The notes: generated from the sequence alone by a model not told the origin. Counted from the first letter of the stretch, positions 1 to 11,002 are shown. The stretch is 64,000 bases of DNA from an uncultured Bdellovibrionales bacterium (GCA_964421125.1 CAYQVD010000003.1:5779-69778), one strand, 5' to 3'. A program made the numbers and translations.

Positions 1-7
1 CATTTTT

Positions 8-616
8 ATGATTGGGGCACCAAGTTCGGCAGTTAGAGCGGCAGTTATGGGAATTTTGATTTTATGGGCAGTGAAAAATGGAAAGTTAGCGAATTCATGG
101 CGAGCAATTGTTTTTGCAGCTTTTTTGATGGTTATTTTCTCTCCATTTATTTTGGTTTATGATGCTGGTTTTCAACTTTCATTTTTAGCAACGCTTTCTT
201 TGGTTTTTTTGTATACACCACTGGCGAATAAATTTGGAATAACAAATGATTTTTTAGAAATAAAATCAATTTTATTAATGACAATTGTGGCACAGCTTGG
301 AGTGCTCGGTTTAATAATTTATACCTTTGAAAGTGTTTCATTGCTTTCTCTTTTAGCAAATTTGATTATCCTGCCCTTAATCCCGGTGATTATGTTAGGA
401 GGTTTTTTGGTGATTGCTTTGAGCTTTTTTGTTCCATTTTTGGCTGGATTTTTAGCAATGCCAGTTCAAATGTTGCTTGATTTAGAAATTTGGGCAGTTT
501 CAGTGTTAGCACAGTTTAGATGGGCGAGTGTGGAATTTAGTAATTTGTCAATTTGGTGGCTGGTGGGGTACTATATATTTTTTATTGGATTGATTTTGAA
601 ATATAGGAAGCAGTAA
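8..616 (+). CDS. ComEC/Rec2-like competence protein, C-terminal part of the membrane competence domain (N-terminus lies outside the window)
   Basis: Multi-TM ORF with ...VYDAGFQLSFLATLSLVFLY..., matching the conserved GFQLSF block of ComEC competence domains. Confidence 0.55.
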   Translation: MIGAPSSAVRAAVMGILILWAVKNGKLANSWRAIVFAAFLMVIFSPFILVYDAGFQLSFLATLSLVFLYTPLANKFGITNDFLEIKSILLMTIVAQLGVLGLIIYTFESVSLLSLLANLIILPLIPVIMLGGFLVIALSFFVPFLAGFLAMPVQMLLDLEIWAVSVLAQFRWASVEFSNLSIWWLVGYYIFFIGLILKYRKQ

Positions 617-944
617 TTTGTAATTTGTTAATTTGGTAAAAAAGTTAGTTTTTTAAAATATTCATTTATGTAAGTAATCTATTACTTACATAGCAATCGG
701 ATTAATGGATTTCTGTCGGAGTTTATGTTCGTGGATGCGGGTGCAGGAATGACAAAGAGAGAGATTTTGAATAATATATTTTTGAGTGTCAGGTCATTCT
801 GATGAGATTTTGGGAGAAAATATGTTATTCAAAATCTTTTTTAGAATGACAAGGGCAGATTAATTGTTTATATAAAAATACAACATACTGTATTTTAGTA
901 ATGTATTATTATGTTATTTAAATTGCTCTACTAACTATCAACTA

Positions 945-975
945 AAATCTATTAACTAAACAATTTGCTCAAATA
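945..975 (+). promoter_or_regulatory. Putative sigma70 promoter (TTGCTC ... TGtGATAAT, extended -10) upstream of the response regulator gene
   Basis: Direct reading of the sequence; hexamer spacing is approximately right. Confidence 0.3.
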
Positions 976-1107
976 AAAAAAGTGTGATAATATGGTGAGT
1001 AAATAAGGGTTTTTTATGCTTAATAATAGCGTGATTAAATACAAGCTTTCTTTATTATTAATAAGTTTGATTTTGCCTGAAATCGCAATTTCAAATATAA
1101 ATAAAAA

Positions 1108-1980
1108 ATGAATAAAATTCTCATCGTCGAAGATGATCCGATGTTATCTGAGATATATCAAAAAAAGTTTTCGCAAGAAGGAAATTTTGAAGTTTTGACA
1201 GCGATTTCAGGTAGTGAAGCTGAGAAGAAAATAAGAAGGGAAAAACCTGATTTAGTGTTATTGGATTTGGTGTTACCAGAAAAGGATGGATTCGAAATTT
1301 TGAAAGATCTTAGAGAAGATTCTAGTCTTGATGATATTAAAATTGTTATTTTTTCAAATCTTTCTCAAGAAGAGGAACAACAAAAAGCTAAGACTCTTGG
1401 GGCGAATGGTTTTATCGCTAAATCTGATTTTACTCCTCAACAAATTGTTTCTGAAGTTAATAAAATTATTGGAGAAGATGATAATAGTCAGAAAAAAACA
1501 GATTCAGAAAAGATGATACAGGAAGACAAAGGGGGAGAAGAAAATAAGGCGGTTAAGGGAAGAAAAACAGTTAAAAATAGTAATATTGCTGTTGATTTAG
1601 GATTTACTCCTAAGATTTTAATCGTTGAAGATGAAGAAGTTTTTTTGGAAGTTTTTGGAATAAAATTAAAAGATTCTGGATTTGAAGTGGATACTGCTTC
1701 GAATGGTGGATGGGGATTGAAACTTGCGGATAAAAATAAATATGATGCAATTTTATTGGATATTGTGATGCCAGTTTTGAATGGCGTTGATTTAATTAAG
1801 AAGCTTCGCAAAAAAGGTGAAAACAAGGAAACACCAGTGATTATTTTATCTGGATCGATTGATGAGCAATCACAAAGAGATGAAGTCTTGAAGGCTGGAG
1901 CAGTTGACGTGTTGATAAAAACTCGTGTAACTCCGAGTCAAGTAGTTGATTGTGTTAAAAGTCATATCAAGAAGCAATAG
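1108..1980 (+). CDS. Response regulator with two CheY-like receiver (REC) domains and no output domain
   Basis: Two copies of the ILIVEDD...LLD...P REC signature (residues 1-120 and ~170-290), separated by a K/E-rich linker. Confidence 0.75.
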   Translation: MNKILIVEDDPMLSEIYQKKFSQEGNFEVLTAISGSEAEKKIRREKPDLVLLDLVLPEKDGFEILKDLREDSSLDDIKIVIFSNLSQEEEQQKAKTLGANGFIAKSDFTPQQIVSEVNKIIGEDDNSQKKTDSEKMIQEDKGGEENKAVKGRKTVKNSNIAVDLGFTPKILIVEDEEVFLEVFGIKLKDSGFEVDTASNGGWGLKLADKNKYDAILLDIVMPVLNGVDLIKKLRKKGENKETPVIILSGSIDEQSQRDEVLKAGAVDVLIKTRVTPSQVVDCVKSHIKKQ

Positions 1981-2061
1981 TGATGTTAAAAGTAGCTTCA
2001 AGGAGCTCCAAATAATACTGGGGAATGGATATTGATTGTTTCTAATAAAAAATGATTTAAA

Positions 2062-2781
2062 ATGTTGCAAGAATATAAAATAAAAACAGAACAATTTGAG
2101 GGACCACTTGATTTGTTGTTGGAATTGATTGAGAAAGAAAAGCTTGATATTACAAGATTGTCTATTGCGACAGTGGCAGATGATTTTTTGAAGTTTATTG
2201 AAAATAATACTGAAATTAATTTGGCAAATTTAAGTGAATTTTTATTGACTGCTTCGCAGTTAATTTTAATTAAATCGAAAGCTCTTTTGCCGCTTTTTGA
2301 ATTTACTCAAGAAGAGGAAGAAGAAATCGTTGATTTAGAAGAGAGGCTTTTGGAGTACAAGAGATTTAAGGATGCTTCTAGTAAGGTTGGAGAATTATTT
2401 TGTTCTTCAATGAAATGTTTTTCCAGAAAAGAAGAAAAAGATATTGATTTCAAGAAGTTTGTTGATCCGAAAATGAACGGAAAAAATTTATTAAATTTAT
2501 ATAAAAGAGTTATTATTAATATTCCTCAAGAGGAAAAAATGATTGAAAGAGTAATGGAAAAGGTTGTAAGTCTTGAAGATAAAATGGTTGAATTGAAAAC
2601 TTCATTAGAAAAGAGGATGAAAGTGGCTTTTGCAGATACAATTAAGAATGCGACTGGGAAGGTTGATGTGATAGTTACTTTTTTGGCGATGCTTGAAATG
2701 GTCAAACAGCGATCTATAGCAGTTGAACAAGCGGATTTATTTGGTGATATTTTATTAACATCAAGAAAACATGTTGAATAA
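2062..2781 (+). CDS. scpA: Segregation and condensation protein A (ScpA kleisin)
   Basis: N-terminal FEGPLDLLLELIEKEKLDITRLSIATVADDF is typical of ScpA; scpB lies immediately downstream. Confidence 0.8.
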   Translation: MLQEYKIKTEQFEGPLDLLLELIEKEKLDITRLSIATVADDFLKFIENNTEINLANLSEFLLTASQLILIKSKALLPLFEFTQEEEEEIVDLEERLLEYKRFKDASSKVGELFCSSMKCFSRKEEKDIDFKKFVDPKMNGKNLLNLYKRVIINIPQEEKMIERVMEKVVSLEDKMVELKTSLEKRMKVAFADTIKNATGKVDVIVTFLAMLEMVKQRSIAVEQADLFGDILLTSRKHVE

Positions 2782-3325
2782 AAATATAAAAGGAGAAATT
2801 GAAGCAATTTTATTTGCCACCGGAGATTCAGTAGAGATTTCTAAAATTGCAAAGTTTTTTAAGATTTCAAAAGAGAGTGTAAAAAAAGAAATAATGAATC
2901 TTGAAAATGATTATTTATCTAAAAAATCTGGATTAATTATTGTGACAAAAGGAAATCGAGTGCAACTTTCAAGTGAGCCTAACTTTGGTGAAGTGGTTAT
3001 GAAGTTTATGAATAAGGAGGTTGGAGAGGCACTTTCGCCAGCTACCTCAGAGGTATTGGCAGTGGTTGCTTACAGAGGACCTCTTACTCGAGCTCAAATT
3101 GAATATATTCGGGGAGTGAATTGTAGTTTTACCTTAAGAAATTTGGCGATGAGAGGATTGGTCGAAAGAAAAGAGAATCCAGATGATTCTCGTTCATATT
3201 TATATGAAATAAGTTTTGATTTTTTAAATAGTCTTGGAATTAAAAAAATTCAAGATTTACCTGAATATGAAGAATTAACTAAAAAACAAGAAGAAACAAT
3301 AAATGAAATCAAGAACGAAACTTAA
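2771..3325 (+). CDS. scpB: Segregation and condensation protein B (ScpB)
   Basis: GEIEAILFATGDSVEISKIAKFF... is a winged-helix ScpB N-terminus; 4-nt overlap with scpA. Confidence 0.75.
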   Translation: MLNKNIKGEIEAILFATGDSVEISKIAKFFKISKESVKKEIMNLENDYLSKKSGLIIVTKGNRVQLSSEPNFGEVVMKFMNKEVGEALSPATSEVLAVVAYRGPLTRAQIEYIRGVNCSFTLRNLAMRGLVERKENPDDSRSYLYEISFDFLNSLGIKKIQDLPEYEELTKKQEETINEIKNET

Positions 3326-4397
3326 TATCGTGGGAATTATTTTTTCCGGAATAGTTTTATGGACTGGTTATTCTATCTATGCTTATTTTACTAATGATAA
3401 AAATGGAGAATTGGCAGTTAATTCAACAAGCCAGATAATTAGAGTTGATAACCAGAGTATTAGTGTTATGGGTGATTCTAATGATAATCAGAATGATGAA
3501 AAAGAAGATGATGAAAATTTTTGTTCTGATGGGATAGTCTCTGGTGAATTATTTAAGGATAATCCCGATGCACCAATAAAAGATTTAGAATACGGTAATC
3601 ATTATGTTGGTGCCCGTTCTGCTATTGCGATTGATGCTGAAACACATACAATTCTTTTCGATCAAAATGCTACAAAGAAAATGGCAATTGCTTCTTTGAC
3701 AAAAATGATGACAGCCGTTTTAGTTGTGGAGAATATTGATGATTTGAGAAATGAGATTGTTACTATTGATGAAGAAACTATTTATACCGATGGGACAATC
3801 ATTGGTTGTCCACGAAGCGGTTATTGTATTTCAAACAGATTAAGAATTGGTGAGAAAATATCTGTATTAAGTCTTTTGGAAGCAATGATAATGAATAGCA
3901 CTAATGATGCTGCTGTTGCCTTAGCTCGACATATTGCTGGAAGCGAGAAAGAGTTTGCGAAAATGATGAACGAAAAAGCCGAAGATCTTGGTTTGGAGGA
4001 TACTCATTTTTGTAATCCATCTGGACTTGATGAAGACAATAATCCAGGGGGGTGCTATTCTACTGCATATGACTTGGCTCGAATTTCTGCTTATTCATTG
4101 CAATATGATACAATTTGGAAGATAATGAGAATGGAGCCAAAGGATATCTATTCAGCGGATGGTCAAATTGTTCATCATATAGTAAATACAGATCGTTTAA
4201 TTGATCAAATGCCAAATTGCATTGGAGGGAAAACTGGATTTACCTATGAAGCAGGAAAGTCTTTGATGACAGCGGCTTATCATCCATATGATAAAGATAA
4301 GAAAGTTATAGCGGTTATTCTGGATGATAATTATAGATGGGTTGATATGAAAGATTTAATGACTTGGGTTTTTAGCGCGTATAATTGGCCTAAATAA
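3303..4397 (+). CDS. D-alanyl-D-alanine carboxypeptidase (peptidase S11, PBP5/6-like)
   Basis: N-terminal TM helix; SxxK (ASLTKMM), SxN (NSTND) and KTG (GGKTGFT) active-site motifs. Confidence 0.7.
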   Translation: MKSRTKLNIVGIIFSGIVLWTGYSIYAYFTNDKNGELAVNSTSQIIRVDNQSISVMGDSNDNQNDEKEDDENFCSDGIVSGELFKDNPDAPIKDLEYGNHYVGARSAIAIDAETHTILFDQNATKKMAIASLTKMMTAVLVVENIDDLRNEIVTIDEETIYTDGTIIGCPRSGYCISNRLRIGEKISVLSLLEAMIMNSTNDAAVALARHIAGSEKEFAKMMNEKAEDLGLEDTHFCNPSGLDEDNNPGGCYSTAYDLARISAYSLQYDTIWKIMRMEPKDIYSADGQIVHHIVNTDRLIDQMPNCIGGKTGFTYEAGKSLMTAAYHPYDKDKKVIAVILDDNYRWVDMKDLMTWVFSAYNWPK

Positions 4398-4403
4398 ATA
4401 AAA

Positions 4404-5510
4404 ATGATTATTGAAGTAGCCCAAATACAAACTATTCCAGAGGTTCTTGCCATGGCTAAGATAGTTATTTTGTCAGTTTTGGCTTTTGTTTTAGCAATGG
4501 GGCTCACACCTTTGCTGGCTTATTTTTTGTATAAATATAAAATAGGAATTCGAATAAAAGATAAAGATGTTGATGGGGAGAAGCTTTCCCATGTTAGTAA
4601 AATGCATGCTCATAAAAGTGGGACTCCAACAATGGGAGGGATTCTTATTTGGGGAACTGTTTTAATTTTGATTATAGTTATGCATTTTTTAGCTCCATTT
4701 TTTTCGGAATGGACTCAAAATGTTTGGATAAGTCGTTTAGATTTTTTAAGTAGAAGTCAAACATGGCTTCCTCTTTTTGCTTTGATTTCAGTTGCCATCC
4801 TTGGGATGGTTGATGACTTTATGAGTATTAGAAATGTTGGTGGGAACAAGGGAGGCGGGATGAGATTTTTCTGGAGATTAATTTGGATTATCGTGATCAC
4901 AGCCTTTGGTGCTTGGTGGTTTTATTCCAAGCTTGGCTGGGACACTATTCACATTCCAGCAGTGGGAGATTTTGAAATAGGACTTTTCTATATCCCACTT
5001 TTCATGTTTGTGATTATTGCATCTGCTTTTTCTTCAAATGAAACTGATGGTCTGGATGGGCTAAATGCAGGAATTCTTGCTCAAGCTTTCGCAGTGTTTT
5101 CTTTAATTTCATTTTTTCAAGGGAGAATGGATTTAGCAGCTTTTTGTGGAGTTATTGCTGGAGTATTGATGGCATTTTTGTGGTTTAATTTTTATCCAGC
5201 TAGATTTTTCATGGGAGATACTGGAGCATTTTCGTTAGGAGCAACTTTGGGTGTAGTGGCGCTTTTAACTAACTCGGTGATCGTATTGCCTTTTATTGTT
5301 ATAATTTATGTAATTGAATCATCCTCCGTTGTCGTTCAATTGACTTCTAAGAAAGTTTTTAAGAAAAAAGTATTTTTAGCTGCTCCAATTCATCATCATT
5401 TTGAAGCAAGAGGTTGGCCGGAAACAAAAGTTACGGTGAGATTTTGGATTATTAATATAGCAGTGGCAATAATTGGCTTGTTAATTGGAATTATTGGTAG
5501 TGGGTTTTAA
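4404..5510 (+). CDS. mraY: Phospho-N-acetylmuramoyl-pentapeptide transferase MraY
   Basis: Polytopic membrane protein with MraY motifs: MGGILIW, DDFMSI, NETDGLDGL, APIHHHFE. Confidence 0.9.
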   Translation: MIIEVAQIQTIPEVLAMAKIVILSVLAFVLAMGLTPLLAYFLYKYKIGIRIKDKDVDGEKLSHVSKMHAHKSGTPTMGGILIWGTVLILIIVMHFLAPFFSEWTQNVWISRLDFLSRSQTWLPLFALISVAILGMVDDFMSIRNVGGNKGGGMRFFWRLIWIIVITAFGAWWFYSKLGWDTIHIPAVGDFEIGLFYIPLFMFVIIASAFSSNETDGLDGLNAGILAQAFAVFSLISFFQGRMDLAAFCGVIAGVLMAFLWFNFYPARFFMGDTGAFSLGATLGVVALLTNSVIVLPFIVIIYVIESSSVVVQLTSKKVFKKKVFLAAPIHHHFEARGWPETKVTVRFWIINIAVAIIGLLIGIIGSGF

Positions 5511-5529
5511 TCTTTATTTATTTTAAATT

Positions 5530-6474
5530 ATGAAATCAAGAGAAAAGAAAATATCTATTGTTGTTCCTGTTTTTAATGAAGAAGGGAGTATTGCTAAGTT
5601 GCATCAGGAAATTAAAATTACTTTCAAAAATAATAATTTAGATGGAGAAATTATTTTTGTTGACGATGGAAGTTCAGATAGAACTGTGGAAGAATTTAAA
5701 AAACTTTCTCCTATTAAGATTGTGATTTTTCGAAAAAACTTTGGTCAAACGGCGGCAATGGATGCAGGAATAAAATCGGCAACTGGTGAAATTATTGTGA
5801 CAATGGATGGAGATGGTCAGAATGATCCAGCTGATATTCCTCAATTACTTGATAAATTAGATGAAGGATTTGATGTGGTTTCTGGTTGGAGAAAGAATCG
5901 AAAGGATCCATGGTCAAAGAAATTTTTATCTCGAGGAGCCGATAAGTTAAGAAGATATTTGATTAATGATCAAATTAATGACAGTGGTTGTAGTCTTAAG
6001 GTATATAAAAAAGAGTGCTTTGAAGATGTTGATCTTTATGGGGAAATGCATCGATTTATTCCTGCAATTTTGAAAATTCAAGGATTTAAAATTGGGGAAG
6101 CTGTCGTGAATCATCGACCTCGAATAAGCGGAAATACAAAATATAATTATAAGCGTTTATTTAAAGGATTTCTTGATGCAATTAGTGTTTGGTTTTGGGG
6201 AAAATTTTCAGCACGTCCGCTTCATCTTTTTGGCGGACTTGGATTTTTTTCTGGAATAGTTGGTATCATAATTTTAATTTGGATGGCCATCGATCGAATT
6301 TTCTTTGGGATTCCATTGGAAAGTAGGATTTGGCCAATGATTGGTATCTTTATGATATTAATTGGAATTCAGCTTTTCATTTCAGGGCTTTTGGCGGATA
6401 TCTCTATAAAAACATATCATCAATCTCGTAACGAAACTCATTATAAGATAAAGGAGCGAATTGAAAATAGTTAA
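5530..6474 (+). CDS. GT2 glycosyltransferase (polyprenyl-phosphate sugar transferase, GtrB/DPM1-like) with two C-terminal TM helices
   Basis: ISIVVPVFNEEGSI, FVDDGSSD and DGDGQNDP are GT2 motifs; hydrophobic C-terminus. Confidence 0.75.
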   Translation: MKSREKKISIVVPVFNEEGSIAKLHQEIKITFKNNNLDGEIIFVDDGSSDRTVEEFKKLSPIKIVIFRKNFGQTAAMDAGIKSATGEIIVTMDGDGQNDPADIPQLLDKLDEGFDVVSGWRKNRKDPWSKKFLSRGADKLRRYLINDQINDSGCSLKVYKKECFEDVDLYGEMHRFIPAILKIQGFKIGEAVVNHRPRISGNTKYNYKRLFKGFLDAISVWFWGKFSARPLHLFGGLGFFSGIVGIIILIWMAIDRIFFGIPLESRIWPMIGIFMILIGIQLFISGLLADISIKTYHQSRNETHYKIKERIENS

Positions 6475-6514
6475 TGGATTATTGGCTGTTGAAACAGTTG
6501 TTTTTTGGCTTTAA

Positions 6515-6946
6515 ATGGTTTATAATAAGTATGTAAAAAATAAAAAAATGCAATATAGATCCTTACTTTGGATACTGCGATTCATTGCTTTAATAGCCTT
6601 TTTTGGGGTTCTTTATTTTGTTTTTTATTTATCTCCATATGTGAGTCAAATTTCATTTGATTTGATTACTTGGAATATTGTAGTTTTTGAAATAATTCTC
6701 CTTATTTTTCTTTCGGCAATTTTTTCTATTCTTCTATTTTGGATTAGAAGAATCGGGAGGAAGGGATTAGTGAAGAATGAAAAGATGCTTTTTATGGGAA
6801 TAATTTCGATTAGACAAGGAATTCTTTTGGGATTTTGTGCGATAATTTTGTTAGTATTGCAGAGTTTTAATATTTTAACTTGGTGGGATGGATTATTGGC
6901 AGTTGGGGCGATATTAATGCTAGAACTATATTTTTTAGTTAAGTAG
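6515..6946 (+). CDS. Hypothetical small integral membrane protein
   Basis: Four predicted TM segments; no recognisable family. Confidence 0.3.
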   Translation: MVYNKYVKNKKMQYRSLLWILRFIALIAFFGVLYFVFYLSPYVSQISFDLITWNIVVFEIILLIFLSAIFSILLFWIRRIGRKGLVKNEKMLFMGIISIRQGILLGFCAIILLVLQSFNILTWWDGLLAVGAILMLELYFLVK

Positions 6947-6995
6947 TAGTTTGTGTAAAATAATTTAAATTTAATAAAAATAATTAATTCAAGTT

Positions 6996-9020
6996 ATGGC
7001 GGAAAAAAAGAAGAAAATTGGGGAGTATTCAGCAGATTCGATTCAAGTTCTTGAGGGATTAGAGCCGGTTCGAAAAAGACCTGGAATGTATATTGGAGGA
7101 ACATCTCTACAGGGACTTCATCATTTGGTTTGGGAAGTTGTTTCAAATTCGATTGACGAAGCGATGGCAGGATATGGAAATTATATAGAAGTTGAAATTC
7201 TTCCAGGAAACAAAATTTCCGTGAGTGATGATGGACGAGGAATTCCAGTTGAGAAGCATCCACAAACGGGGCTTTCAACTCTCGAAACTGTTTTAACAAA
7301 ACTTCATGCTGGTGGAAAATTTGGTGGAGATGGATACAAGGTCTCTGGAGGTCTTCATGGAGTTGGTATTTCAGTTGTTAATGCTTTATCTGTTTGGACA
7401 AAAGCTGAAGTGCATCAAAAGGGAAAAATTTGGACTCAGGAATACTCAAGAGGGATTCCAACAGGAAAAATTAAGAGAACTGGAAAAACTACTAAAAAGG
7501 GAACGGTTATTACATTTGAGCCTGATCCACAAATATTTTCAGAAATTGAATGGAACTGGAAAACAATTTCTAGTTATTTAAGAGAACAAGCTTATTTAAC
7601 TAAAGGTGTTCATATTAAATTAATAGATGAAAAAGATGATAATCCGGAAATGCATCGAAAAGTTGGTTATTGTTTTGATGGAGGAATTAAATCTTTTGTT
7701 AGTTTTTTGAATAAAGGGAAAGAAATTATTAACCCAAATATTTTTTATGTTGAAAAAGAAAATGACGGAATTCTTGTAGAGCTATCCATGCAATATCAAG
7801 GAGGAATGAAAGATAGATTAATGTCTTTTGCTAATAATATTAATACAGTTGAAGGAGGAATGCACGAAACTGGTTTTAGAACAGCTCTAACTCGAACAAT
7901 TAATGATTATGGAAGAAAAAAGGGCATTCTAAGAGAAAAAGAAGGAAATCTAACGTCAGATGATGTTAGAGAGGGAATTACAGCTATTATTTCAGTAAAA
8001 CTTACTGATCCTCAATTTGAAGGACAAACAAAATCTAAACTTGGAAATTCAGAAGCAAGAACTGCAACTTCAGCAGTGGCCTCAGAAGCATTAGTTGATT
8101 ATTTTGATAAAAATCCACAAGATGCAAAATTAATTATTAGTCGATGTTCTTTGTCTGCTCGAGCTCGATTAGCTGCAAAAGCTGCGAAAGATGCTGTTAT
8201 TAGAAAAGGTGTTCTTGACGGAATGACTTTACCGGGAAAACTTTCAGATTGTAGTAGTAAGAAGCCTGAAGAATGTGAAATATTTGTGGTTGAGGGAGAT
8301 TCTGCTGGTGGAAGTGCTAAACAAGGTCGTGATCGAAGATTTCAAGCAATTTTACCTATTTTTGGAAAAATGTTGAATGTTGAAAAAGCAAGAATTGATA
8401 AGGTTATTAAAAATGATAAAATTCAACCTCTTATTATTGCAATGGGGGCCGGAATTGGCGAAACATTTAATATTGAAAAACTTCGTTATCACAGGATTGT
8501 GTTGATGGCCGATGCGGATGTCGATGGTGCGCATATTCGAACTCTTCATTTAACTTTTTTTTATCGTTATTTTGAAGAACTTCTTAGGAGAGGCCATATT
8601 TATATTGCTCAACCACCGCTTTATAAAGTTCAAAAAGGAAAAGATTTTAAGTATGCCTTTACGGATGAAGAAAAAGATGAATATGTTGCAGAATTTAGCA
8701 AGGCTTCCAATGGAAAAGTAGAAAAAGAAATAGAGAAAGTTGTTGAAGAAGATGATGATGAGACTAGTGATGGTGATGAAAATGAAATTAAGGATAAATC
8801 TGGAATTAAAATTCAGCGATACAAGGGTCTTGGAGAAATGAATCCAGATCAGCTTTGGGATACAACGATGAATCCTGAAACTCGAATGATGTATCAAGTA
8901 ACCATTGAAGATGCTGAAAGAGCAGACAAGATGTTTGATATTCTTATGGGAAGTGAAGTTGCTCCTCGAAAGAGATTTATTCAGGCGCATGCTAAAAGCG
9001 TGCAAAACCTTGACATCTAG
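6996..9020 (+). CDS. gyrB: DNA gyrase subunit B
   Basis: GHKL ATPase (LHHLVWEVVSNSIDEAMAGY), Toprim (VEGDSAGGSAKQGRDR), C-terminal GyrB tail; 674 aa. Confidence 0.9.
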   Translation: MAEKKKKIGEYSADSIQVLEGLEPVRKRPGMYIGGTSLQGLHHLVWEVVSNSIDEAMAGYGNYIEVEILPGNKISVSDDGRGIPVEKHPQTGLSTLETVLTKLHAGGKFGGDGYKVSGGLHGVGISVVNALSVWTKAEVHQKGKIWTQEYSRGIPTGKIKRTGKTTKKGTVITFEPDPQIFSEIEWNWKTISSYLREQAYLTKGVHIKLIDEKDDNPEMHRKVGYCFDGGIKSFVSFLNKGKEIINPNIFYVEKENDGILVELSMQYQGGMKDRLMSFANNINTVEGGMHETGFRTALTRTINDYGRKKGILREKEGNLTSDDVREGITAIISVKLTDPQFEGQTKSKLGNSEARTATSAVASEALVDYFDKNPQDAKLIISRCSLSARARLAAKAAKDAVIRKGVLDGMTLPGKLSDCSSKKPEECEIFVVEGDSAGGSAKQGRDRRFQAILPIFGKMLNVEKARIDKVIKNDKIQPLIIAMGAGIGETFNIEKLRYHRIVLMADADVDGAHIRTLHLTFFYRYFEELLRRGHIYIAQPPLYKVQKGKDFKYAFTDEEKDEYVAEFSKASNGKVEKEIEKVVEEDDDETSDGDENEIKDKSGIKIQRYKGLGEMNPDQLWDTTMNPETRMMYQVTIEDAERADKMFDILMGSEVAPRKRFIQAHAKSVQNLDI

Positions 9021-9177
9021 TTGAAAATTAACTATCTGGCGCACTTCGTTGTTAAAATCTGCGCTTTTCACTCGTCGTATAATTAATACGACTCGTTCAA
9101 TGCTCGATTTTGCCTAGAAGTGCACTCAGATATTTAATTTTCATATCTTTAAATTTAATAATTAAAAATAAATAAAA

Positions 9178-10191
9178 ATGAAAATTGCAATAAATGGTTT
9201 TGGGAGAATTGGACGACCAGTTATGGAAATCGCTCTTGAAAATCCAGAGTTAGAAGTGGTTGCCATAAATGACTTGGCAGATATTGAAAATCTGGCATAT
9301 TTATTGAAATACGATACGGTTTATGGTGTTTATGAGCATGATATTGAAACTCGGGATGGAAATTTGATTGTAGGTGGAAAAGAAATTAAAGTTTTATCAG
9401 AAAAAGATCCCGCAAAGCTTCCTTGGAAAGAAATGGGAGTTGATATTGTTTTTGAATGTACTGGAATTTTTAAAGATCAAGAATCTGCTGGTGCACACTT
9501 AAAGGCTGGGGCAAAGAAGGTGGTAATTTCTACTCCTACTAAAGACGATACAGTTAAAACTGTTGTAATGGGTTGTAATGAAGAAGAACTTACTGAAGAA
9601 AATAATGTGATATCAATGGCATCTTGTACAACAAATTGTGTAGCACCGATGATGAAAGTCTTGGATGAAAAATTTGGAATAGAGAAATCTTTGATGTCAA
9701 CAATTCATAGTTATACCTCAACCCAATCGCTTGTTGATGGGCCAGCTAAGAAAGATATGAGAAGAGGCCGTGCAGCTGCCCAAAATATTGTTCCTTCAAC
9801 AACTGGAGCAGCTATTGCAGCAACAAAAACTCTCCCAGCCTTAAAAGAAAAATTTGATGGAATGGCTTTTCGTGTTCCAATTCCAGTTGGTTCAGTTACT
9901 GATGTAGTTGCTTTATTAAAAAAAGATGTAACAGAAGATGAGATTAATAATGCTTTTAAAGAGGCGTCAGAAGGAGAGCTTGAAGGAATTCTTCAGGTTA
10001 CTGACGAGCCACTCGTTTCTCACGATATTGTAGAAAGCACCTATTCCTCAATTGTTCAAACTGATTTAACCAAAGTGGTTGATGGAAACTTGGTGAAAGC
10101 AGTTGCTTGGTATGATAACGAATGGGGTTATTCAAATCGCCTTATTGATCTTGGAGTATTTTTGAAAAAATTTATTATTAGTGAAGAATAA
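9178..10191 (+). CDS. gap: Glyceraldehyde-3-phosphate dehydrogenase
   Basis: KIAINGFGRIGR Rossmann start and ASCTTNC catalytic Cys motif. Confidence 0.9.
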   Translation: MKIAINGFGRIGRPVMEIALENPELEVVAINDLADIENLAYLLKYDTVYGVYEHDIETRDGNLIVGGKEIKVLSEKDPAKLPWKEMGVDIVFECTGIFKDQESAGAHLKAGAKKVVISTPTKDDTVKTVVMGCNEEELTEENNVISMASCTTNCVAPMMKVLDEKFGIEKSLMSTIHSYTSTQSLVDGPAKKDMRRGRAAAQNIVPSTTGAAIAATKTLPALKEKFDGMAFRVPIPVGSVTDVVALLKKDVTEDEINNAFKEASEGELEGILQVTDEPLVSHDIVESTYSSIVQTDLTKVVDGNLVKAVAWYDNEWGYSNRLIDLGVFLKKFIISEE

Positions 10192-10196
10192 TTTAA

Positions 10197-10967
10197 ATGA
10201 TTGGAGTATTTGACAGTGGTGTTGGAGGATTAACTGTTGTGAAAGCAATTAAGGAAATTAAACCAAGTTTGCCATTGATATATTTTGGAGACACAGCTCG
10301 AGTTCCTTGGGGAGATAAAAGTCCTGAAACAATTCGAGAATACTCTCATCAGATATGTGATTTTTTGATTTCAAAAAAGGTTGATGAAATCATAATTGCG
10401 TGTAATACTGCATCTTCTGTGGCGGGTAATTACTTGCGAGAAAAATTTCCCGATATTAAAATCATTGATGTTGTTAGTCCAACGATTAGTGCGATTGAAA
10501 AAAATAAAAATGTGAACAAGGTAGCCGTAATTGGAACCAAGGCTGTTATTGCGAGTCAGTTTTATGACAAGAAAATCAAAGAAGCTTTTAGTGATATTGA
10601 AGTTAAATCAAAAGCTTGTCCATTGTTTGTCTCCATTGTTGAAGAAGGCTGGCATGAAGAATCTTTTGCTGAGGAAGTTGCAGAAAAATATCTTAAAGAT
10701 ATTCGTGATTGGAAACCTGATGTTTTAGTTTTGGGTTGCACTCATTATCCATTGTTAAAAAAAACAATCAAAAAAGTGATAGGAGGAAATGTGAAAGTGA
10801 TAGATTCTGCTTCTCCTGTGGCTGATTATATTAAAAATGATAATATTATTAGATTAGACGATTCGGTGATTGATCAGTTTTATTTTTCAGACTTATCGCC
10901 TCATTATCAAAATTTAATTGAAGTTATATTAGGAAGTTCTATTGATTCCAAGCAACTTAATTTATAG
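10197..10967 (+). CDS. murI: Glutamate racemase
   Basis: IGVFDSGVGGLTV, ACNTAS, GCTHYP motifs. Confidence 0.85.
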   Translation: MIGVFDSGVGGLTVVKAIKEIKPSLPLIYFGDTARVPWGDKSPETIREYSHQICDFLISKKVDEIIIACNTASSVAGNYLREKFPDIKIIDVVSPTISAIEKNKNVNKVAVIGTKAVIASQFYDKKIKEAFSDIEVKSKACPLFVSIVEEGWHEESFAEEVAEKYLKDIRDWKPDVLVLGCTHYPLLKKTIKKVIGGNVKVIDSASPVADYIKNDNIIRLDDSVIDQFYFSDLSPHYQNLIEVILGSSIDSKQLNL

Positions 10968-11002
10968 AACAGCTAAGACAATAAGAAGCATAAAAAATAT
11001 TT

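Noticed and set aside
763-846. Hammerhead ribozyme, because copy B1 of family B contains CUGAUGAG followed by GAAA
   Set aside because: The CUGAUGA core is not conserved in the other family B copies (CCGAUGG, CCUAUGA), and no proper stem II hairpin forms between the core and GAAA.
9080-9095. T7 promoter-like string TAATACGACTC between gyrB and gap
   Set aside because: Only an 11-nt coincidence inside a local hairpin (gtcgtat-aattaa-atacgac); no phage context.
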